Of a stretch of 64,000 nt of DNA, positions 1 through 10,434 are shown in pieces (position 1 is the first letter of the stretch; each line of letters opens with the position of its first letter). The notes below the pieces were generated by a model. That model was not told the origin of the DNA, searched no databases, and was given only the letters and a program-made list of their open reading frames with translations. The stretch covers positions 3,296,001 through 3,360,000 of the forward strand of contig OY759599.1 of the NCBI GenBank assembly GCA_963662465.1, in the 5' to 3' direction. The position numbers and the translations under genes were made by a program. This DNA comes from Desulfatiglandales bacterium (lineage in GTDB: Bacteria; Desulfobacterota; DSM-4660; Desulfatiglandales; Desulfatiglandaceae).

Positions 1-1
1 C

Positions 2-799
2 TTTCGCGGAGCGAACGACGGTCTGGTGCCAATTCAGTCGGTGCGGGGTTCCTTTATTGCCTATGCAACATCGCCCGGATCGGTTGCGCAGGACGGCAGT
101 GGTCGAAATGGTCTGTATACGTCGCACCTGCTACAAAACATCAAGAAGCCCGGTTTGACGGTGGAAGAAGTGTTCCGGGAAGTCCGAAGGAGCGTCGCTG
201 AAAAATCGAATTTTAAACAAATCCCCTGGGACAGCTCTTCGCTGATGGGAGCTTTCTACATTGCGGGAGCAGGTGGCGGCAATGACGATGACCGCCGCCG
301 TTTTGAGGAAGACCAGGCGCGACTGGAAAGACAGCGCCGGGAGTTTGAGCAGGCGAAAGCTGAATTTGAACGGAAGCAACTGGAAGCAAAACAACAAACG
401 GTGGAAGTGGCAAGCTTACCTCAACGGCCGTCCTATTCACATAAAGAAGATACAGATGAATTACAGTTTCTTAAAAAATTAAAAGGTGTTTGGGAGGGGG
501 AGGGCAAACAATACAACAATAAGAGTTCCTGGACTATCAAAATGAAAATAGCACCAGACGATTATAAAATTGATTATCCCTCATTAAATTGTGGCGGAAA
601 TCTTATACTTTTATCCCAAACGAATGACCATATTGAATTTAGAGAAAAATTAACTTATGGCCGAAATCGTTGTACGGATAATGGCAAAATTATTATTTCG
701 AAGTCTGAGAAACACAAGTTAAAATGGCTATGGTATTATTCAAATGGAAAACTTGGCGCTGATAGTGTGTTAACTAATTCAACGATCAGCGCGCCATGA
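2..799 (+). CDS. Caspase-like (peptidase C14) domain protein, C-terminal part; 5' end lies outside the window
   Basis: FIAYATSPGSVAQDGSGRNGLYT...VEEVFREVR...QIPW motif, followed by a coiled coil and a small beta domain; the frame is open to the window edge. Confidence 0.8.
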   Translation, partial: FRGANDGLVPIQSVRGSFIAYATSPGSVAQDGSGRNGLYTSHLLQNIKKPGLTVEEVFREVRRSVAEKSNFKQIPWDSSSLMGAFYIAGAGGGNDDDRRRFEEDQARLERQRREFEQAKAEFERKQLEAKQQTVEVASLPQRPSYSHKEDTDELQFLKKLKGVWEGEGKQYNNKSSWTIKMKIAPDDYKIDYPSLNCGGNLILLSQTNDHIEFREKLTYGRNRCTDNGKIIISKSEKHKLKWLWYYSNGKLGADSVLTNSTISAP

Positions 800-1080
800 G
801 CGCGGGTCGGCAGCCATGAATTCCAGGGACAGCATGTGGGGGTTGGGGTCGGACCAACAAAATGTCGAATTTTCAGCAAGTTGAGTTGTAAAACATGGTG
901 TTTTTAGCCTTTAGAAGCACCTTTTGGCCCCCAAAACATGCTTCTAAGGATTTAGAGTATCAAAGGATGTCAGGCATACACTAAGGAAAACAGGACATGA
1001 CAGGCGTAGGCCACTTTACGGCTTCATAAGTCGAGATCTGGAATCGAAAAGGAGGCACTGTTCAAATAACCAGTTGGAAT

Positions 1081-1166
1081 CGCGAACCAAACGCTCCACC
1101 GGACCCCTGGACGCGGAGGGGTAATCTCGAAGTCCTGTGCGGGGGGCCGGTGAGCTTGTCGTTCGC
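1081..1166 (+). repeat. attC-like site (family 1), intron inserted in R'
   Basis: cgcgAAC caaacgctccaccgg...ccggtgagcttgtc GTTcgc imperfect hairpin. Confidence 0.85.
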
Positions 1167-3393
1167 GTGCGACGTGATGTCGCGTAAGTAGCTGTTTTGT
1201 ATATCAATATAAACCATATAACAAAACCCTGTTTTCTGCAACAGGTATTCTACCGGGACATGCGTCCGGAGTAATCCGGGGGTGTGAAGCTCTCGGGACA
1301 ATGAAGCCCGCGGAATTTTCCGGGAGAGGAAACCGTGAGGGGACCTCAACTCTGCAAGCATCATGCGGTAAGGGAGCTAGAATTGAGCAGTACGGTTAAC
1401 ACATGTGAATCGCTGCAGCGTCGTCACGAGAACAAGCCTAAGATGCTGAAAGGCTTGGACCAAAAAAGGTACGTGGCCAGGAACGGAGGCTGCGAACTCC
1501 TCCGTCGCGGATGTTGTGCCACCGGCGTAAAGGCGGAACCTAACCTGCTCTGGTACTTACGCGGAACATGGTAAGCCCGTAATCCTCCCCACGGGGAAAG
1601 CGAACCGCAAGGTGAGCCCATGGGGTTGCGGGTAAAGGATGTCAGAAAAAGCGAATGCCTCGTTGTAATGATGGGGATACGGATTGAAGGTGTAACTACC
1701 TACATGATCCGGCTCGAAAGAGAGCAGACTTCTGACCGGTGTTCCATTGCGAGATAATCTGTCGAATCTTTAAACAGGGGAAAGCAAATGACGGTGGCCG
1801 TTTTGGCGACTGGTGCACCTTTGGACGGAACAAACTGGTGGAAATCCATAAACTGGAAAACCGTCGGCGAGCACGTTAGAAGACTGCAGGTGCGTATCGC
1901 AAAGGCTGTGAAGGAAAAGCGATGGGGAAAAGTCAAGGTGATACAGTGGCTTTTGACTCATTCGTTTTATGCCAAGTTGTTGGCTATCAAGCGCGTTACT
2001 TCCAACCGGGGTAAACGCACACCGGGAGTGGATAAAGTCATATGGTCCACCCACATTGACAAAATGCAGGCGGTAAACGACCTGCGCCGAAGAGCCTACC
2101 GACCCAAACCGCTGCGCCGAATTTACATACCCAAGAAAAACGGCAAGAAACGCCCATTGGGCATTCCCACAATGAAGGACAGAGCCATGCAGGCGTTGTA
2201 CAAATTGGCGCTTGATCCGGTGGCGGAAACCACCGCCGATCCGAACTCTTACGGGTTCAGACCCTATCGGGGATGTGCGGATGCCATCGGTCAGTGTTTT
2301 ATTTCTCTGGCCAAGCGCCACTCACCCGTATGGATTCTGGAGGGAGATATAAAGGCCTGTTTTGATGAAATCAGCCATCAATGGATGCTCGAAAATATCC
2401 CTATGGATAAACGGACGCTTCAGAAATGGCTGAAATCCGGTTATGTGGAAGGAGGCAAGCTCTATCCAACTTACAGAGGAACCCCGCAAGGCGGGATTAT
2501 CTCTCCAACATTGGCTAATATGGTCCTGGATGGTCTGGAAGCGGCAGCCAAAAGTACCGCCCCGATAAGAATCCAGGGCAATATACGGTCCAAGATAAAC
2601 GTAATCCGTTACGCTGATGATTTCATCATCACCGGGAATTCCAGAGAGATGCTAAATGAGATCAAGCTGGAAATTGAAGCATTTATGGAGCGAAGAGGAC
2701 TTTCGCTTTCAGCGGAAAAGACGTTGATCACAAGGATAGAAGAAGGATTTGATTTTCTCGGACAGAATCCACGCAAATACCAGGGGAAGCTCTTGATAAA
2801 GCCCTCTCGCAAAAACGTGAAAGCCTTTTTAGGCAATATCCGGCAAACAATCCGAAAGCATGCGGCATCAAGAGCCGACATTCTGATTAAAGTACTCAAT
2901 CCCAAAATCAGGGGGTGGGCCAATTACCACAGGCATGTGGTTTCCGGTAGAACTTTCGGGCTTGTAGATCACCGTATCTACAGCTATATTTGGCAATGGA
3001 TGAGGAGGAAACATTCGGGCAAGAGTAAGAGTTGGCTGGTGGATAAATACTGGTCAAAAGGATCTCGCCCGTGGTCCTTTTCAGCGGTGATCAAGGACGG
3101 CTATGCGAAATCCGCCAGAATTGAACTTGAGAAAGCTTACGACGTCAAGATAAAACGCCATGTCAAAATTCGAGGGGATGCGAACCCCTTCGATCCGAAA
3201 TATGAACAATATTTCAGGAAACGATATGCCCAACGCAGTCAGCAGAAGGCAGACAGGCGTAAAGAGCATAAAACGTCACAACCGGGTAGCCCCGAAAGGG
3301 CTTGCCTTTGGAATGCTTGAGCCGTGTGCGTTTAACGGCGCACGCACGGTTCTTAGAGGGCTGGGGGATGGTGACATCCCCTGGCTACTCGAC
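1167..3393 (+). mobile_element. Group II intron A1 (CL1-type IIB), intact
   Basis: Starts GTGCG; D5 gagccgtgtgcg...cgcacggttc; D6 ends ctactcgAC; contains the RT ORF. Confidence 0.95.
1788..3320 (+). CDS. ltrA: Group II intron reverse transcriptase/maturase, no En domain
   Basis: INW..V..LQ.RIAKA N-terminus, RPLGIP, GTPQGG, RYADD, NPKIRGWANY maturase motif; 510 aa. Confidence 0.95.
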   Translation: MTVAVLATGAPLDGTNWWKSINWKTVGEHVRRLQVRIAKAVKEKRWGKVKVIQWLLTHSFYAKLLAIKRVTSNRGKRTPGVDKVIWSTHIDKMQAVNDLRRRAYRPKPLRRIYIPKKNGKKRPLGIPTMKDRAMQALYKLALDPVAETTADPNSYGFRPYRGCADAIGQCFISLAKRHSPVWILEGDIKACFDEISHQWMLENIPMDKRTLQKWLKSGYVEGGKLYPTYRGTPQGGIISPTLANMVLDGLEAAAKSTAPIRIQGNIRSKINVIRYADDFIITGNSREMLNEIKLEIEAFMERRGLSLSAEKTLITRIEEGFDFLGQNPRKYQGKLLIKPSRKNVKAFLGNIRQTIRKHAASRADILIKVLNPKIRGWANYHRHVVSGRTFGLVDHRIYSYIWQWMRRKHSGKSKSWLVDKYWSKGSRPWSFSAVIKDGYAKSARIELEKAYDVKIKRHVKIRGDANPFDPKYEQYFRKRYAQRSQQKADRRKEHKTSQPGSPERACLWNA

Positions 3394-3876
3394 CGGAAAG
3401 CGCAGTCAGCGGCAGGTCAAGAGTCGGAAAGCGCAGTCAGCGGCAGGTCAAGAGTTCCTTTTGTTGGCTACATTGTCTTTTTGGGAGCCAAAACGAAGCA
3501 GAATGGGAGGCGCTTTTTTGGAGTACGTAAGGCTTATCTCAGGTTTTGGGTATCCCAAAATCTTTGAGGCATCCAAAAGGTACCATATTGTATCCTGAAA
3601 GAATCCGTGAGGATTGACGAAATGGATCATTTGGCTGGTTTTCACTGCCTTGTCGTTTACGGTTTCACTTGGCAAGATGGAATGAGTTGGTGTACTTGAG
3701 CGCCATAATGCACGTTGTTCTTTCCTGCATCAGGTTATCTGGCGAATTAATCGCCTCCTTTTATTCTGTGCTTATGTTTGACAGTCATAGCCAAAACATA
3801 AGAAAACCAAATACCACAAAGTTGGCCGGTTGCCATTGACGTCACTGCGAACATTTATCAAGAGAAAGGAGCAATT

Positions 3877-5910
3877 ATGAGATTGAAAAAGGTCATCATC
3901 AAGATTCGGCAAAGTTCTTATTGGCTTGGTGTACTTGCTTTCGGGTTATTCTTGACAACTTGTTCTTCCGATAGCACTTCCAATTTAAAGCAACAGGATG
4001 AGGATTCGCAACTTGACTCCGTCGCTTTCTTTGGCTGGTCCAATGATAACCAATGGGCATTTACACAGCACGTTCGAGGTGGTGGCACCTTGGGCGAAAC
4101 GCTCATGTCAGGCGAATGGCAGGACGATTGGCAGAGCATGGCCCGTTTCAATACCGCAAGCGGACAGTTTATCATGGGGATGAGGCAAACTGAAACTCTG
4201 CACGGTGAGTGGTTCATTCAGACATTGCTGCCCACCAGTGATCTAGGACGGAGCTCAACCGGTACATTTGAACACTACTATGAAACCCTTGTGGGATTTC
4301 GAGTCCCCGGGGGCGGCACATTTATCTTTGGGCAGACCTCCGGAGATGACAATCGCTGGTTTATCCAGGCCATCAATGAAGACGGAACCCTTGGTGCCAC
4401 AACAGACAGCGGGCACTGGGCTCGTTTTTATGCCAATATCACGCCTGTAATCGTTGGATCCTCCCTCTATCTCTTTGGCCAGTCACAGGATGACGACAAT
4501 CGCTGGTTTCTGCAACATGTTCACCCCGACGGTCATTTGGGGGGCGAGACAGATTCCGGGCACTGGCACCACATTTTTACCACCACGCTCGCCGTTCAAA
4601 AGGACGGCAGGACCTATCTCTTCGGCCAGACCTGCAATGAAGATGAGGACAATGACAAATACTACTGGTTTCTGCAAGAGGTACATTCCAATGGGAAGAT
4701 GGGATCGCAAACCGATGCCGGATACTGGGAGCATTACTATCCAACCATGACGACCTTCGCCACGGGTGGCGAAACCTTTATTTTCGGCCAGACAATGAGT
4801 TCAGAACACCGCTGGTTCATCCAGAAAATCGACAGCGGAGGAAGAATGGGCAGCACAACAGACAGCGGACACTGGCGATATTACTATAATTTTGTATTTC
4901 CATATAGTTTTGAAGGATCATACATGTCGCCGTTGCACTGGATGACCAATGACTGGGACGTCATTAAAGACAGGACTTTGAAGGAACTGTCCTTTCCAGG
5001 CGCTCATGACGCCGGAATGTCTACGCATCAAAAATGCTATTGCGGCAATGCTTGCGATACGGTCGCTCAAACCTCGTCCATCAAAGGTCAGTTGGAAGAC
5101 GGGGCTAGATATTTCGACATTCGGCCCATAAGATATCACCCCACTTCCACAGATTGGGGAACACTTTATACAGGGCATTTTGCTTTGTCAAATAGTATGC
5201 TTTACGGTTGTTGCGGTGTATCATTGGAAGATGTGATTACCGATGTGCGGGATTTTTTAAACAATTCGGACAATGCTCACGAACTGGTCATGTTGAACCT
5301 GTCACACTGCTACGTCTATAACGAGGGTTCGTCTGGCTGTGATTGCGATTACGATACGTTCAGTGATGTGCTCGACATCCTTTCAGACGATCTGAGTGAT
5401 TTTATTTTCAAATGTGACGGATGCAATTTACTGGATCTGAAACTCAGCGATATACTCCCGCAAACAGGAGGAGCTGTTATTGTGTTTGCAACAAAAAGCT
5501 TTGCCGATCCGTCAGCCGGCATTTTTAATGGAAACGGGAGTGAAGGTTTAATCTATAACAACTACTCCCATAGCAATGATCTGGACTATATGGAAAATGA
5601 CCAAAAATCCAAGCTTACCACTAAAGCCAATCATGAAGACAAGCTCTTCTTATTGTCGTTTACTCTGACCCTGTCGAATGATCAGGTTGTGAATTGTGCG
5701 GTGGCTCCCGATATGTCGACCAGCATATTGGATTTGGCCAGTTTGGCGGATCCCAAACTGATCAAAATGCTGGATTCGTGGATGTATTACAGCAAGCCGA
5801 TCACACAAATTTGCTTTCCAAACATCCTATATGTGGATGATTTTCGTCCATTCGCAACCCGGGGTGCAAGGTACATGAACAGCCAGTACGGCAATTTGGA
5901 TCCGTCGTAA
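3877..5910 (+). CDS. Lipoprotein with N-terminal ~50-aa repeats (propeller-like) and C-terminal PI-PLC X-like domain
   Basis: Lipobox-like FLTTC; repeats FGQ...RWFIQ...TDSGHW; LKELSFPGAHDAG...QLEDGARYFDIRP; AGGAG RBS. Confidence 0.75.
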   Translation: MRLKKVIIKIRQSSYWLGVLAFGLFLTTCSSDSTSNLKQQDEDSQLDSVAFFGWSNDNQWAFTQHVRGGGTLGETLMSGEWQDDWQSMARFNTASGQFIMGMRQTETLHGEWFIQTLLPTSDLGRSSTGTFEHYYETLVGFRVPGGGTFIFGQTSGDDNRWFIQAINEDGTLGATTDSGHWARFYANITPVIVGSSLYLFGQSQDDDNRWFLQHVHPDGHLGGETDSGHWHHIFTTTLAVQKDGRTYLFGQTCNEDEDNDKYYWFLQEVHSNGKMGSQTDAGYWEHYYPTMTTFATGGETFIFGQTMSSEHRWFIQKIDSGGRMGSTTDSGHWRYYYNFVFPYSFEGSYMSPLHWMTNDWDVIKDRTLKELSFPGAHDAGMSTHQKCYCGNACDTVAQTSSIKGQLEDGARYFDIRPIRYHPTSTDWGTLYTGHFALSNSMLYGCCGVSLEDVITDVRDFLNNSDNAHELVMLNLSHCYVYNEGSSGCDCDYDTFSDVLDILSDDLSDFIFKCDGCNLLDLKLSDILPQTGGAVIVFATKSFADPSAGIFNGNGSEGLIYNNYSHSNDLDYMENDQKSKLTTKANHEDKLFLLSFTLTLSNDQVVNCAVAPDMSTSILDLASLADPKLIKMLDSWMYYSKPITQICFPNILYVDDFRPFATRGARYMNSQYGNLDPS

Positions 5911-6093
5911 AGAAAGGGCTTGGAGGTTGGAAGCGCCTGAAATTTGTTGGCATTTTGTGAAAGGTGAAGGCAAAATGCCTACCAAACGCCGAAATCTAAG
6001 CGATATATGGCCCAAAAGAGCCCGTAACCCTTTACCATGAAAATACAATTCATTGATATAGCGAAGACCCTTGCCAGAAATGAAGACGGAGTT

Positions 6094-6179
6094 GGCGAAC
6101 CAAACGCTCCACCAGACGCCTGAAAGTCCTGCAGTCCCAGCGGGGGCCGGTGGAGGCGCTGGTGAGCTCGTCGTTCGCT
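6094..6179 (+). repeat. attC-like site (family 1), empty
   Basis: ggcgAAC...GTTcgct; same arms as the intron-occupied sites. Confidence 0.85.
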
Positions 6180-6408
6180 GCCAATATTCATGGCTGGAAG
6201 GAGGCATGTTTTGAAACGCATACTTGTTTTGTCGGTTCAAGTTGTATGCTTTATCTTCTTACTCGTTTCCACAGCATATGCCCAATCTCAAGCCCCGAGT
6301 ACTAGAAATATTGGTGGTCCCCTTTTTGGAGCGGCAATCGCGGCGTTAATCTGTTATCGAGTACGAAAACGAGCAATAGGTGATTGGCTTTTATATTATT
6401 ATATCCAG

Positions 6409-8414
6409 CGCATAAGTCTAAATGTTGTGGGGTTGTATAACCCATCAAAATTAAAAGGCGTTTTCGGTAAACAAGAATGCATTATGAACATTCATAACTT
6501 GAATCCAAGGTAAGTCAAATGTTTGGCCGTTGGCTAATTCAAAGGGACTTTTATGAGCATTTTTTGCGCCAGGTAAAAATGGGACAAAATTCCTGATAGT
6601 CGCATGTGCTCGAAAGAAAAGACTTGCCCATTTCTTATCTCGAAAACTCTCAATTTGTTTTAGTTTACGTTTGATTCCTTTTAAATAATTGTCAACAATG
6701 GAGGTTGTTTGTTTTATCCCATTTCTATTTTTATGAGAGGTATAATGAGTGGCATTTTCTTTTAATTCTACTACCCTCTTTTTTAGTAATGGATGAGAAA
6801 ATGCATCGTCATCTAATGCCTTAATCTTTACTTCCAAGTTAACTTTAGATGTGGATGTTTTCAAAACTTTCTTAAATTTTTTATAAAGCTTGTCCACTTC
6901 TTGGTCGGTACATTTTGATTCTTTTTGATATTTTGATAGTGCATCGTAGAAGTTTTTCAAACAATGACGATGGCAATATCCGACCCAAATGTTATGGAAT
7001 ACGGTCTTGATAGCATTGGTTGAGGCTTTCCACTTATCTTTTGTTACACCAAGGATTTTGAAGTCGATTTTTTGCAAAAAATCCTCAAATGAACCGCACA
7101 GGTTTTCTTCATCAACATGATCAACATAATCGGAGTGCCATACTAATAAATTTTCAGGATCGACCATAACTACAGAATAAGTTCTTAAATTTGGTTCTTT
7201 TTCAAAGCCCTCATCTTCCTGTAGATATCCTGAGCCTTTCACTCCTGCTCTTGTTAGTATTGTTGCAGGATGAAGTGTTCCTGCCCATCGATTCCAGTTC
7301 AAGATGGTTTGTTTGCTTTTGACACTTTTTTTGCCAATAATTTTAAGGCTTTCGATGGCTCCTTGAATGCTCGCATTAAAACGGTACATATTCCGAAATA
7401 CGTGCCCAATAATCTCTATACCAAAATTCTTTTCCCTTGGGAGAAAGCTGGGAACAAGAGAGAACTTTTGTTTGCACTTCCGGCATTGTATCATGCGGAT
7501 TGGGAATGTCTGTTGTTCTCCTCCATTCATTATTGTTTTTCGAGGATTCCCGCGGAAACCAGATAAAATATATTCTTTAGGTCCAGAACATGTTGAATTA
7601 TGGCCTGTGTGGTGATCATATTTATCGAGTTTATCTAATACTTCAATGCGAAACTTCTTACTATCTTTTACGAGAGCATGATAGCTTTCGGTGTTATTAT
7701 AAGGAAAGATATATGTTTGATTTCCTCGTTTAGAAACAAGGTCTTCCATTTTCTTTTTTACATTTTCGATTATGGATTTATCAAAAGATTTTAACATCCC
7801 TATCTCAAATGCAATACTTATTGTACTATCACGACTTTTTACATTATTCAATTTTTTAGTAATATTACTTATCATTGAACGAATTGAATAAAAGATTCTA
7901 ATTTTCTGTCGATCCCGTTGTGTTTTTGGAATGCTTTTTTTCCCTTTTATTGGCTTACAAATATCCCATAATTGACTTATTAACCTACCAAGTTCATCAA
8001 TAAGAGCAGACAATGTTACATAAAAATATTGCAATGATTGAAACATCTCCCTTTCATTGATCCATGATCTGATGGCATTAATGCATTTCTCAATTTCAAA
8101 GAAAATCTCAGGATACTGTTTTGGATCGTAATAACATTGTCTTGCAAGTCTGTTTTGAGCTTTGTCCAACATTGTCAAAGCTCTCTTAATATTATTAATC
8201 ATGTGCAACCTCTCTAATTTAACATAGACTGTTGCACTATGATTATGCACACTTATCAAAAAAAGTCCCTAACTTTTTTCCGCTAAGGCGAATTCAGGAA
8301 AAAATGTTTGGCCTCACGAAATGCGCTTTGATTAGGATATTGATTCGGAACCGTTTAACAGATGAAATAATTTCAATATGTTAGAGTAAACCCCACAACA
8401 TTTAGACTTATGCG
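6409..8414 (-). mobile_element. 2006-bp insertion sequence (IS256/MULE-like, unclassified), copy 1
   Basis: 26-bp TIR cgcataagtctaaatgttgtggggtt; 8-bp TSD atatccag; near-identical copy at 46733. Confidence 0.9.
6451..8259 (-). CDS. Putative DDE transposase, 602 aa
   Basis: Only long ORF inside the TIRs; QEDEG, TKDK, CHRH (CxxH) motifs. Confidence 0.8.
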   Translation of the reverse strand: MISVHNHSATVYVKLERLHMINNIKRALTMLDKAQNRLARQCYYDPKQYPEIFFEIEKCINAIRSWINEREMFQSLQYFYVTLSALIDELGRLISQLWDICKPIKGKKSIPKTQRDRQKIRIFYSIRSMISNITKKLNNVKSRDSTISIAFEIGMLKSFDKSIIENVKKKMEDLVSKRGNQTYIFPYNNTESYHALVKDSKKFRIEVLDKLDKYDHHTGHNSTCSGPKEYILSGFRGNPRKTIMNGGEQQTFPIRMIQCRKCKQKFSLVPSFLPREKNFGIEIIGHVFRNMYRFNASIQGAIESLKIIGKKSVKSKQTILNWNRWAGTLHPATILTRAGVKGSGYLQEDEGFEKEPNLRTYSVVMVDPENLLVWHSDYVDHVDEENLCGSFEDFLQKIDFKILGVTKDKWKASTNAIKTVFHNIWVGYCHRHCLKNFYDALSKYQKESKCTDQEVDKLYKKFKKVLKTSTSKVNLEVKIKALDDDAFSHPLLKKRVVELKENATHYTSHKNRNGIKQTTSIVDNYLKGIKRKLKQIESFRDKKWASLFFRAHATIRNFVPFLPGAKNAHKSPFELANGQTFDLPWIQVMNVHNAFLFTENAF

Positions 8415-9171
8415 ATATCCAGCTATATGGCGGAGCATTAATTATTGGAATTATGACTCTTGCCTCCTTAAGCAATTATTACCCTCAAAATTGGGCTGAC
8501 AAACCTCTTTATACCCTCTTCCTTTTATCAACAATCCCCACTTATATAACGAATATTTTTGAAATTACGGTGGCCAGCTTTCTCCTAAGCAAGCGTTTTA
8601 GAAATTCCTCAGCAGTAAATATTTTAAGGATTGTCTTCGTTTTTGCGTTCATTTTCTCAATAGTCGGTATATTCATCGATTTAGCGCATTGGAAAGAAAG
8701 CGTTCCCTTTGATATTTTGGGCCTACTATGGTCGGCTATCTGGTTATTTTATTTCACATTTTCAAAAAGAGTTGATTCAGTGTTTAGGAGAATTGATTGG
8801 GATTATTCATCATTTTCAACTCAAGACCAATTTACTGGTAAAATGGATCAGGTTAAATTTATATTGACACCTGAACAAGTAAAAAAATACCGAAAAAAAG
8901 CCACCTTATACATTGTCATAAGCATCATCGTACTAATTTTCGGTACTCTATTAATATCCCGGCTTGATCAGTCTCTCAAAGGGCTTCAAACGATAGCGGC
9001 AATAATTGTGATGGCTTGGGGTATGGGATGGTATTCAATCAGCAAGGGATACAGCAGGAGTCTGGGTTTATTGTTAGGTCTTTTAAGCTGGATAGGATTG
9101 ATCATTTTGTATTTTTTGGAAAACAAGAATAAACCTGTAACAACATAAAACTTTAACTTTAAGGGTGAGAT

Positions 9172-9654
9172 GTGATCGATAAACAAAGGGAGTACCAACT
9201 CAGGCTGATAGATAAATATAAAGAATCTATCAATGTTTATTGGGGTGCTCTTCTTACGATAAATGGGCTATTGCTTACATTCTTTTCTATAGATTCACTT
9301 TCTTCAAGCGAGCAATGGATAATATTGAATTACTTGCTTGTTGGGTCATGTGTTTTATCTCTATGGCTCCTTGTCTGGAATTTCAAAACAATCAAGAAAA
9401 ACTACCAACATCTTGGATCATATACCATTGATGATTTGCCAGATGTACCTGCGGATATTCTTGAGACGGCAAAAAATGAAGATGAGATGCGAGAATTAGT
9501 GTCCGAGCATACAGCAAAGTCGAGAAAAGACGATTTAAAAAAGGCTGTAAGACATCAGAAAAATATGATGATTAGAGAGAAAATTATTGAATGGCTGTTA
9601 ATAGCGGAAACATTATTAGTTGTGTCGATTATTTTGACAAGAAAATGCAGCTAA
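9172..9654 (+). CDS. Hypothetical membrane protein (cassette gene)
   Basis: 160-aa AT-rich ORF whose stop codon overlaps the attC R'' box. Confidence 0.7.
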   Translation: MIDKQREYQLRLIDKYKESINVYWGALLTINGLLLTFFSIDSLSSSEQWIILNYLLVGSCVLSLWLLVWNFKTIKKNYQHLGSYTIDDLPDVPADILETAKNEDEMRELVSEHTAKSRKDDLKKAVRHQKNMMIREKIIEWLLIAETLLVVSIILTRKCS

Positions 9655-9712
9655 CAACGGCACTGAGAACAACGCGCAAAAAAACGCACGCCTCGCATGC
9701 CGGGCGTTAGCT
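9649..9712 (+). repeat. attC site (short type)
   Basis: agctAAC...GTTagct perfectly complementary, 64 bp. Confidence 0.8.
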
Positions 9713-9743
9713 ACCATGAATTACTTATCGTAGAAGGGAAGCA

Positions 9744-10073
9744 ATGGGTTCGTCAAAGCTAGAATTTATTATAGAAATGGCAATCATGTTAGCAATAATC
9801 TTTGTCATTTTCTTCTTGGACAAGCCACCACCTATTTTTCGTTTTATCGCTAGAGGCCTGGTTTCACTAATATGTTGGATCATAGCTTTCTATGCTACCT
9901 TTATTCATGAGGATTATAGTGATTGGGATTTTGAAATTTCTGATTATATTTGGCTTAACAAGATATTTGAATATACAGTAAAGTTTCTTTCGATGATTTT
10001 CTGGACTATTATCCTCTATCTTTTTGCAGTTTACGGCATTGGAGGACAAGGAGGTCCTTGGGAAAATGTATGA
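9744..10073 (+). CDS. Hypothetical membrane protein (cassette gene)
   Basis: 109-aa hydrophobic ORF directly after an attC. Confidence 0.65.
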   Translation: MGSSKLEFIIEMAIMLAIIFVIFFLDKPPPIFRFIARGLVSLICWIIAFYATFIHEDYSDWDFEISDYIWLNKIFEYTVKFLSMIFWTIILYLFAVYGIGGQGGPWENV

Positions 10074-10348
10074 TTCTCTCATGCTTTTATTATTTTAGGG
10101 ATCGGGGTCGCCCACAAAAATAGCTAAGAATTCCATTGGTTGAGTCATAAAACACAGTGTTTTTGACCCTTATAAGCGCCTTTTGGCCCCCAAAAACATG
10201 CTTTTAAGGAATCGTAGTAGTATCGAAGCAGTCAGGCGTACACTTGAGGCGTACCTGAGATGACAGGCGTAGTCCACTTTACGGGTTCATAACACGATTT
10301 TTGGCGTGAAATGATAAGCCCGGCACTACGAAATCAACGCATTGGAAC

Positions 10349-10434
10349 CGCGAACCAAGCGCTGCACCAGACGCCTGATAATTGGGCGGTCCCAGCGGGG
10401 GCCGGAGGAGGCGCTGGTGAGCTTAACGTTCGAG
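10349..10434 (+). repeat. attC-like site (family 1), followed by an intron
   Basis: cgcgAAC caagcgctgcaccag...ctggtgagcttaac GTTcgag. Confidence 0.85.

Larger units (their letters stand above)
6190..9148 (+). pseudogene. Membrane protein gene interrupted by an IS
   Basis: Removing IS 6409-8414 plus one TSD joins ...YYYIQ to LYGGALIIGIMTL... in frame with ORF 8453-9148. Confidence 0.8.

Noticed and set aside
1016..2321. Many short ORFs repeated in intron RNA regions and antisense to the RT
   Set aside because: They recur only because the introns are repeated; there is no coding evidence.
1788..3320. RT as a DGR, retron or CRISPR-associated RT
   Set aside because: It is embedded in a full group II ribozyme with a maturase domain; no TR/VR pair, msr-msd or cas1 is seen.
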